DNA of 64,000 nt from the NCBI GenBank assembly GCA_913046335.1, contig CAJWSU010000004.1:30260-94259 (forward strand), in the 5' to 3' direction. The position numbers and the translations under genes were made by a program. Below are positions 57,863 through 64,000 of the stretch, piece after piece. Source of the stretch: an uncultured Pelagibacterales bacterium (GTDB lineage Bacteria; Pseudomonadota; Alphaproteobacteria; TMED109). Position 1 is the stretch's first letter. Each line of letters opens with the position of its first letter. The notes under the pieces were generated by a model, which saw only the letters and a list, made by a program, of their open reading frames with translations, was not told the DNA's origin and searched no databases.

Positions 57863-59506
57863 ATGATTAAATCTATAGATAAAGTAGATATTTTTTTATC
57901 TTCAAATAATTATTGGAAGGTAACTAGTAAAAATAAAAATACAGTATGGTTTAAGGGGTATTTATATAATATGTCTATTACTGATTTAGTAAAACAAATA
58001 GTAGAACAAGATTCAGATACTATAAAATCTTTTTTAAATACATTAGATGGCCATTTTTCTATAATAGTTAAAACACCTAAATTTTATTTAATAGCTGTAG
58101 ATAAAATTAGATCTATTCCAATTATATGGGCTATAAAAAATAAAAATAATATATTGATTAGCGACCAAGGACAATATTTAAATAAAGAATTAAAACTTAA
58201 ATCTTCAGATATTGATTATTCTATCAGCAACGCGTTTGCAATTTCTGGATATACTATAGGAGATAATACTTTATATAGTAACGTTAAACAAGTTAGTCCT
58301 GGTAATTATTTATGGCTGGAAAACAAAAAAGTTACTATTAAACGTTATTATATTTGGCAACCTTGGAGCGCATTAGAATATAGAGTTAATTTGAGTTCGA
58401 AATTGAACAAAATTAATAAAAATATTTTTAAAAAATTAATTGATAGTGTCAATAATCGTCAAATAGTAGTGCCTCTTTCAGGAGGTTTAGATTCAAGGTT
58501 AGTTTTAGCAGGTTTAAAAAAGTACAATTATAAAAATGTTCTATGTATATCATATGGTTTAAAAAATAATAAGGACGCATATATTGCAAAAAAAGTTGCT
58601 CATAAACTAGGTTATAAGTGGATATTTATTGAGTATTCTAATAAAGAGTTTAGAAAACATTATTATTCTGAGGAATATAAAAAGTATACTAATTTTTGTG
58701 ATACTTTTACTTCCATACATTTTATAGGCGAATATATAATGCTATCCAAATTAAGTAATAATTTAGTTGAAAAAGATGCAATTTTTATTAATGGTCAATC
58801 GGGAGATTTTATCTCTGGAAATCACATTCCTTCAAATTTAGATGCAAAAAAAGAATACAGCGATAAACAAAAAGAAAAATTATTTTCTACATATCTTGTT
58901 AAGCATTACAAACATTGGAATATTTTAAAAAATAAAGATAATCTTGATAAAGTAGAAAATTTACTAAGTGAAGAAATAAATAAAATTGGAGGGTTTCCAT
59001 CTGATCAAAATAAGAATTATGGTATTTATGAATATATGGAATTTATGGACAGGCAATCAAAGTATGTTGTAAATGGACAGAGGAATTATGAATATTTTGG
59101 ATACGAATGGAGGCTGCCATTATGGGATAATGAATATATTGATTTTTGGGAAAAGGTTCCATTAAAATATAAAATAAATCAAACATTATATAAAGATACT
59201 TTGATAAAGTATAATTGGGGAAATGTTTGGCAAGAAATTAATATTAATCCATTAAAGATTTCTCCAAAGTGGATAATACCTATTCGTTTTATTTTCAAAC
59301 TATTTTTTATATTTCATGGAAAGAATAAATGGCATAAATATGAGAATAAGTATCTAGCATATTTTATGAGCAATTTAGTAGAGTACGCTCCATGGAGTTA
59401 TTTTCAAATTATTTTTGATAAAAGAGGTCACGAAAATGCAATTGGGTGGCTAATAGAGGACTATTTAAAGTATAAAGGCTTAAATTGGAAGGGGAATAAA
59501 CCTTAA
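57863..59506 (+). CDS. asparagine synthetase B-fold ATP-pyrophosphatase lacking the N-terminal catalytic Cys
   Basis: A PP-loop ([13 protein letters not shown]) and an AsnB-like C-terminal motif ([18 protein letters not shown]) are present. The N-terminus MIKSID has no Cys2. There is an Ntn-like beta region (LDGHFSIIV...[13 protein letters not shown]). Confidence 0.75.
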   Translation: MIKSIDKVDIFLSSNNYWKVTSKNKNTVWFKGYLYNMSITDLVKQIVEQDSDTIKSFLNTLDGHFSIIVKTPKFYLIAVDKIRSIPIIWAIKNKNNILISDQGQYLNKELKLKSSDIDYSISNAFAISGYTIGDNTLYSNVKQVSPGNYLWLENKKVTIKRYYIWQPWSALEYRVNLSSKLNKINKNIFKKLIDSVNNRQIVVPLSGGLDSRLVLAGLKKYNYKNVLCISYGLKNNKDAYIAKKVAHKLGYKWIFIEYSNKEFRKHYYSEEYKKYTNFCDTFTSIHFIGEYIMLSKLSNNLVEKDAIFINGQSGDFISGNHIPSNLDAKKEYSDKQKEKLFSTYLVKHYKHWNILKNKDNLDKVENLLSEEINKIGGFPSDQNKNYGIYEYMEFMDRQSKYVVNGQRNYEYFGYEWRLPLWDNEYIDFWEKVPLKYKINQTLYKDTLIKYNWGNVWQEININPLKISPKWIIPIRFIFKLFFIFHGKNKWHKYENKYLAYFMSNLVEYAPWSYFQIIFDKRGHENAIGWLIEDYLKYKGLNWKGNKP

Positions 59507-59520
59507 TTTGGTTTGATAAG

Positions 59521-61326
59521 ATGGAAACAAAACATATAAAAAATTTTGCTATTATAGCTCATATTGACCACGGTAAATCTACTTTATCTGATAGAATAAT
59601 AGAGCATTGTGGAACCTTAAGCAATAGAGAGATGAAAGATCAAATTCTGGACTCAATGGAAATTGAGAGAGAAAGAGGTATTACAATAAAAGCACAAACT
59701 ATACGCTTAGAATACACTAACTCTTATGGAAATAACTATATTATTAATTTAATAGATACTCCAGGACATGTAGATTTTTCATATGAGGTTTCTAGGTCAT
59801 TAGCTGCTTGTGAGGGAGTATTGCTTCTAGTAGATGCTAGCCAAGGAGTTGAAGCACAAACTTTAGCAAATACTTGGCTAGCTTTAGAAGCAAATTTAGA
59901 AATTATTCCTGTATTAAATAAAATTGATCTTCCTGCTTCTGATCCCGAAAGAGTAAAAACTCAAATAAAAGATTTAATAGGATTAGATGTAGATAAAATA
60001 GCAACTGTTTCTGGAAAAACAGGTGCAGGAGTTGAAGAATTACTTAAAATAATAATAGATAAAATTCCTAGTCCAATAGGAAATATAGAAGACCCTTTAA
60101 AAGTACTATTAATCGATGCATGGTATGATTCATATTTGGGTGTGATGGTGTTAGTTAGAGTTCATGATGGAGAATTAAAAAAAGGTATGAAGGTTTCGTT
60201 AATGCGTTCTAATAGAGAGTATCAGATAGAGCAAGTAGGTATTCTTGTGCCAAAGCCAAAAATAGTAAATAGTTTGGGGCCAGGAGAGGTAGGATTTATT
60301 ACAGCTGCAATTAAATCGGTTTCTGATGCTTGGGTAGGCGACACTATTACTGATTTTAAAAAGCCAGCTTTAAAAGCGCTACCAGGATTTAAGGAGAGTA
60401 TTCCTGTAGTCTTTTGTGGCTTATATCCAGTAGATTCAAGTGAATTTGATAAGTTAAGAGAGTCTTTATCAAAATTGAAACTTAATGATACATCTTTTCA
60501 TTTTGAAATGGAATCAAGTGCTGCTTTAGGTTTAGGTTTTAGGTGTGGATTTTTAGGCTTATTACATCTAGAAATTGTGCAGGAGAGACTCGAAAGAGAA
60601 TTTGATTTAGATTTAGTTACTACAGCTCCAAGTGTTATATATGAAATCATAATGAGAAATAATACGGTTTTAAAAATTCATAATTCAGCAGATTGGCCCG
60701 ATGTAACAAAAATTGATAGAATAAAGGAACCTTGGATAAGGGCTACAATATTTAGCCCTGATGAATATTTAGGAAAAATACTAAAGCTCTGTAATGAAAA
60801 GAGAGGAGTGCAAGTAGACTTAAGCTATGTAGGTAAAAGAGTTATGTTGGTATATGATTTACCTCTAAATGAAATTATATTTGATTTTAATGATAATCTA
60901 AAATCAATTAGTAGGGGGTATGCTAGTTTTGATTACGAAATAAAAACTTATGAAAATGGCGATCTTGTGAAAGTAAGCATGTTAATAAATAGTGAAATTG
61001 TTGATAGTTTATCATTTATTTCTCATAGAGAAAGTGCAGATATTAGATCTAGGGCCATATGTGAGAAATTGAAAGATTTAATACCTAGGCAACTATTTAA
61101 GATTGCAATACAGGCGGCTATTGGTGGAAAAGTTATTGCAAGAGAAACAGTAAATGCTCTTAGAAAAGATGTTACAGCAAAATGTTATGGAGGAGATATT
61201 ACTAGAAAGAAAAAGTTACTTGAAAAACAAAAAAAAGGGAAAAAAAGAATGAAGCAAGTGGGAAATGTAGATATTCCTCAGGAGGCGTTTCTTGCAGCAT
61301 TGAAATTGGATGTAGGAAGTAAATAA
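59521..61326 (+). CDS. lepA: elongation factor 4
   Basis: The translation has [23 protein letters not shown] and NKIDL, plus a C-terminal LepA domain ([22 protein letters not shown]). Confidence 0.98.
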   Translation: METKHIKNFAIIAHIDHGKSTLSDRIIEHCGTLSNREMKDQILDSMEIERERGITIKAQTIRLEYTNSYGNNYIINLIDTPGHVDFSYEVSRSLAACEGVLLLVDASQGVEAQTLANTWLALEANLEIIPVLNKIDLPASDPERVKTQIKDLIGLDVDKIATVSGKTGAGVEELLKIIIDKIPSPIGNIEDPLKVLLIDAWYDSYLGVMVLVRVHDGELKKGMKVSLMRSNREYQIEQVGILVPKPKIVNSLGPGEVGFITAAIKSVSDAWVGDTITDFKKPALKALPGFKESIPVVFCGLYPVDSSEFDKLRESLSKLKLNDTSFHFEMESSAALGLGFRCGFLGLLHLEIVQERLEREFDLDLVTTAPSVIYEIIMRNNTVLKIHNSADWPDVTKIDRIKEPWIRATIFSPDEYLGKILKLCNEKRGVQVDLSYVGKRVMLVYDLPLNEIIFDFNDNLKSISRGYASFDYEIKTYENGDLVKVSMLINSEIVDSLSFISHRESADIRSRAICEKLKDLIPRQLFKIAIQAAIGGKVIARETVNALRKDVTAKCYGGDITRKKKLLEKQKKGKKRMKQVGNVDIPQEAFLAALKLDVGSK

Positions 61327-61590
61327 TTAAGTATATATATTTTTATATACAAATAAAAAAAACATTATAATAGCTAATATAAAAAATACTTTTAATTCTA
61401 GTAAATTTGTAACTATAATTTGCCAGATATCTATTGATAAGTTTAAAGATTCAATTAATTTTTGAAGTCCAATTAAGGAATTGACATGAATTAAGATCCA
61501 TAACTTTGCAAGAGAGATATTACTTTCATGTAAACTTAATATAAAAAATAAGATAGATATAAAGAGTAATTTTTTTTTTATAATTTTCAT
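61327..61590 (-). CDS. hypothetical small membrane protein
   Basis: 87 aa with 2-3 hydrophobic helices. No family recognised. It abuts the lepA stop. Confidence 0.4.
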   Translation of the reverse strand: MKIIKKKLLFISILFFILSLHESNISLAKLWILIHVNSLIGLQKLIESLNLSIDIWQIIVTNLLELKVFFILAIIMFFLFVYKNIYT

Positions 61591-61663
61591 AATATTACTA
61601 TAGAATTATTTACTAAATTAGTTTAATGATATTTATAATATATAATTTAAAGGAGCCGACTTT

Positions 61664-62038
61664 TTGTCTTATATACAAGTATTACAACTAATTTCTTTTG
61701 CATTTCTGATGTCTGGAGGACAAGTTTTATTTAAAAAAACTGCATTATCTATTTCAGCAGGTTTAGATAATGAAAATAGTCTTGGTCTTATTGAAGGTAT
61801 TTTGAAAGCGGCAACTATTCCTTGGTTATATATGGCACTATTTACTTATGGTATAGCTACTCTATTTTGGCTGTATATATTGCAACGTATACCTTTAACG
61901 CTTGCGTATCCTTTTTCTGCACTAGCAATGATTATAGTTCCAATCCTAGCAATATTTTTATTTGGTGAAAAGTTAAATTGGTCTTATTGGATAGGCATCA
62001 TTTTTATATTTATAGGTATAACAATAATAGCTAGATAA
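61664..62038 (+). CDS. small EamA/SMR-like 4-TM transporter (ArnE/ArnF-type), paralog of 10215-10592
   Basis: A TTG start is preceded by AAAGGAG. An LAYPFSALAMIIV motif is shared with the paralog. Confidence 0.7.
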   Translation: MSYIQVLQLISFAFLMSGGQVLFKKTALSISAGLDNENSLGLIEGILKAATIPWLYMALFTYGIATLFWLYILQRIPLTLAYPFSALAMIIVPILAIFLFGEKLNWSYWIGIIFIFIGITIIAR

Positions 62039-62047
62039 ATAAATTAA

Positions 62048-62064
62048 TGTTCATAATATGAACA
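62048..62064. promoter_or_regulatory. 17-bp perfect palindrome TGTTCAT-aat-ATGAACA (operator candidate 1)
   Basis: Read directly. The same 7-bp arms recur 51 bp downstream with a different 3-nt centre. Confidence 0.55.
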
Positions 62065-62068
62065 TAAT

Positions 62069-62096
62069 TTGACATAATTATTTTATCATATAAGAT
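62069..62096 (+). promoter_or_regulatory. candidate sigma-70 promoter TTGACA-N16-TAAGAT between the two palindromes
   Basis: A consensus -35 hexamer lies at 62069-62074 and a TAnnnT -10 at 62091-62096. Confidence 0.4.
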
Positions 62097-62098
62097 AC

Positions 62099-62115
62099 TG
62101 TTCATGCAATGAACA
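62099..62115. promoter_or_regulatory. 17-bp perfect palindrome TGTTCAT-gca-ATGAACA (operator candidate 2)
   Basis: Read directly. It sits 2 nt downstream of the candidate -10, roughly at the expected +1, and 14 nt before the regulator start codon. Confidence 0.55.
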
Positions 62116-62129
62116 TCAATCAGTAATTT

Positions 62130-62738
62130 ATGGTATATATGGCTTTTAATTTAAATAAAAAAATTACTTTAAATCTTCTTTCTACATTAGAGGAGGATGG
62201 AGATATAACCCAAAGAAACATAGCAAGTAAGTTGGGTGTAGCTTTAGGTCTAGCTAATGCGTATTTAAAAAAATCTGTAGAAAAAGGTTATGTAAAAATT
62301 AAACAAGTACCTAGAAAGAGATATAGTTATTATATAACTCCTAAAGGATTTGCAGAGAAAGCAGCTTTGACTGCAGAGTATTTTACTTCGTCGTATGCAT
62401 TTTTTAGAAAGTCTAAAAATGATTGTGAGTTAATTCTAAATGAGTGTGCAATAAATGGTATATATGATGTTATTTTATCAAATATTTCAGAGTTAGCTGA
62501 AATTACTATTTTAACTAGTTTAGATAGTAAGATAAATATTATAGGTGTCATAGATGAAGATAAGACTAGTTTTAATGGAGTAAATGTTTATAAAAACTTT
62601 TCTGATATTAAAAAGTATGATGGTATAATTTTAACTGAAGTAAATAAACCGCAGGAAAGGTATGATTATTTATCTAATAATTTTCCTTCACATAAAATTT
62701 TTAGTCCTGCTATTTTAAATATTAGGAAAAAAAAATGA
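62130..62738 (+). CDS. winged-helix (MarR-like, EPS-locus type) transcriptional regulator fused to a CoA_binding_3-like Rossmann domain
   Basis: The wHTH reads ITQRNIASKLGVALGLANAYLKKSVEKGYVKIKQVPRKRYSYYITPKG. The C-terminal half (IIGVIDEDKTSFNGVNVYKNFSDIKKYDGIILTE) resembles the N-terminal domain of EPS priming sugar transferases. Confidence 0.65.
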   Translation: MVYMAFNLNKKITLNLLSTLEEDGDITQRNIASKLGVALGLANAYLKKSVEKGYVKIKQVPRKRYSYYITPKGFAEKAALTAEYFTSSYAFFRKSKNDCELILNECAINGIYDVILSNISELAEITILTSLDSKINIIGVIDEDKTSFNGVNVYKNFSDIKKYDGIILTEVNKPQERYDYLSNNFPSHKIFSPAILNIRKKK

Positions 62739-63235
62739 ATAATTGGTGTGTTATTTATACGCATCAGGGCAAAGAATTGTATTCTGCTAGCGAATTAAAT
62801 AAACAAAATTTTAATATATATATGCCATCAATTATGAAAATAGTTAGACATTCAAGATATATTAAAAAAGTTTTAAAACCCTTTTTTCCTCGATATATTT
62901 TTGTAAATCTTCATTTAGATAACCAAGAATGGAGAAAAATAAATTATACAAGAGGTGTTGTAAAATTAATTACTTCTAATGAAAAGCCAATCATGATTTC
63001 GGAGTCGGTAATAAAAGAGTTAAAACTATTAGAAAATGATAAAGGTTTTATTGATGAAGCTTTTGTATCATCTTATAAACAAGGAGAAAAACTAGAAATT
63101 ACAAATGGTCCTCTAAAGGGAATTGCAGGGATTTTTGATGGTTTATCTGAAGATTTAAGAATTAAAGTTCTTCTTAATTTTATGGGAAAAACGATGAATG
63201 TACCCATTCATAATGATTGGGTTACAAGAGCTTAA
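62735..63235 (+). CDS. rfaH: RfaH-like specialised NusG paralog (NGN plus KOW domains)
   Basis: 166 aa. The protein aligns with E. coli RfaH: NWCVIYTHQGKE versus SWYLLYCKRGQL, KPFFPRYIFV versus EPLFPNYLFV, TRGV, and a KOW domain (GEKLEITNGPLKGIAGIF). Confidence 0.75.
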   Translation: MNNWCVIYTHQGKELYSASELNKQNFNIYMPSIMKIVRHSRYIKKVLKPFFPRYIFVNLHLDNQEWRKINYTRGVVKLITSNEKPIMISESVIKELKLLENDKGFIDEAFVSSYKQGEKLEITNGPLKGIAGIFDGLSEDLRIKVLLNFMGKTMNVPIHNDWVTRA

Positions 63236-63260
63236 TTTAAGCTCTAGCTTAAAATAATAA

Positions 63261-63286
63261 TAGGGTGATTTTGAATTTTCACCCTA
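63261..63286 (+). other. 8-bp stem hairpin TAGGGTGA-(10 nt)-TCACCCTA, 2 nt upstream of ops
   Basis: Read directly. There is no U-tract, so it is not a canonical terminator. Confidence 0.5.
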
Positions 63287-63288
63287 AT

Positions 63289-63300
63289 GGCGGTAGCGTG
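63289..63300 (+). promoter_or_regulatory. ops (operon polarity suppressor) element GGCGGTAGCGTG
   Basis: This is an exact 12/12 match to the enterobacterial ops consensus GGCGGTAGnnTG on the coding (non-template) strand. It lies 27 nt upstream of the next gene and 53 nt downstream of the RfaH-like gene. Confidence 0.7.
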
Positions 63301-63327
63301 CCTAATATAGAAATATAGGAAAAATCA

Positions 63328-64000
63328 TTGAAAATTGGCATAATAACTTCTAATGAATTACGGCATAAGTTTTTTAGAAGATTGATATCTTTAAATAAAG
63401 ATTTAGAAATAGCTTTCTGTATATGTGAGGAGGATGTTACAAGTCAAAAAAATACAGTAATGGATTCTAGCAATTATTCTGCTATTGAAAAAAAGCATTT
63501 TATTGCCAGGCAAAATTCTGAAGAAGATTTTTTTAAATCTTTTGTTGATTATACTTCAGACGCTTTAAATACTATTTTAGTAAAAAAAAATATAATAAAT
63601 GAAGATATAAATTTGCAATCATATATAGACAAATGCGAAGTAGAAATAATAGTATCTTATGGTTGTTCTATAATAAGGGAACCTATATTAACTAAATATA
63701 GTGGAAGGTTTATCAACATTCATTTAGGTTTATCTCCCTATTATATAGGGTCTGGAACAAATTTTTGGCCACTAGTTAACAATGAGCCAGAATATATAGG
63801 TGTTACCTATATGCATATAAATAATAAAATAGATGGAGGTAATATTATTCATCAGATCAGGCCAACAATATATGAAACAGACAATGTCCATAGCATTGGA
63901 AATAGACTTATTAGAGATATGACACTATTTCTGCCAAACATATTAAAAATTAATAATAATGCTAATGTTGTTGAGCAGGCTAAAAATACTAATCAAAAAA
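63328..64000 (+). CDS. formyltransferase-family protein (sugar N-formyltransferase-like), 3' end beyond the window
   Basis: My own translation from the TTG at 63328 is MKIGIITSNELRHKFF...GRFINIHLGLSPYYIGSGTNFWPL...GVTYMHINNKIDGGNIIHQ (N-x-H...D catalytic pattern). The frame is open to the window end, with AGGA 8 nt upstream. Confidence 0.75.
   Translation, partial: MKIGIITSNELRHKFFRRLISLNKDLEIAFCICEEDVTSQKNTVMDSSNYSAIEKKHFIARQNSEEDFFKSFVDYTSDALNTILVKKNIINEDINLQSYIDKCEVEIIVSYGCSIIREPILTKYSGRFINIHLGLSPYYIGSGTNFWPLVNNEPEYIGVTYMHINNKIDGGNIIHQIRPTIYETDNVHSIGNRLIRDMTLFLPNILKINNNANVVEQAKNTNQK

Noticed and set aside
62048-62115. The palindromes contain GTTC-N7-GAAC, reminiscent of the alphaproteobacterial LexA box GTTC-N7-GTTC.
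   Set aside because: The half-sites are inverted rather than direct repeats. The downstream genes are a wHTH regulator and an RfaH paralog, not SOS genes. A locus-specific regulator site is more plausible.

Overview
The window is a densely packed, very AT-rich chromosomal segment. Its gene content and synteny are alphaproteobacterial and resemble a streamlined marine or freshwater genome of the SAR11 type; this taxonomic call is an inference from synteny and composition only. Supporting gene strings are rpsA-ihfB-lapA-like-pyrF-trpFBA-accD-folC, kdsD-lptCAB-rpoN-ptsN, tsaE-amgK-murU and infC-rpmI-rplT-pheST. About 70 CDS are supported, mostly core housekeeping, plus three intact tRNAs: Arg-CCG, Ala-GGC and Ser-GGA. 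I found no integrase, transposase, CRISPR array, restriction-modification or toxin-antitoxin signature. Intergenic spacers are short, and several convergent gene pairs overlap at their 3' ends.

The observations most worth a second look are listed here.
1. The right edge (61.6-64 kb) opens a surface-polysaccharide locus with a compact regulatory cassette. It contains twin TGTTCAT-N3-ATGAACA palindromes around a promoter, a wHTH regulator, a locus-encoded RfaH-like NusG paralog, a hairpin, and an exact E. coli-type ops element (GGCGGTAGCGTG) just upstream of a formyltransferase gene.
2. A stand-alone 24-codon PqqA-like peptide gene with its own terminator lies at 19414-19488, with no pqqBCDE in view.
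3. An Arn-like envelope-modification operon (7.3-11.5 kb) includes an unusual GT-C glycosyltransferase and an ABC ATPase with no adjacent permease.
4. A Cys-less asparagine-synthetase-fold enzyme is wedged between tRNA-Ser and lepA.
5. A 27-codon ORF with a near-perfect Shine-Dalgarno and an intrinsic terminator sits just upstream of a membrane-protein gene.
6. The PtsN homolog has Asn in place of the phospho-acceptor His.

None of these could be checked against databases here. All family assignments come from motif recognition in the supplied translations.
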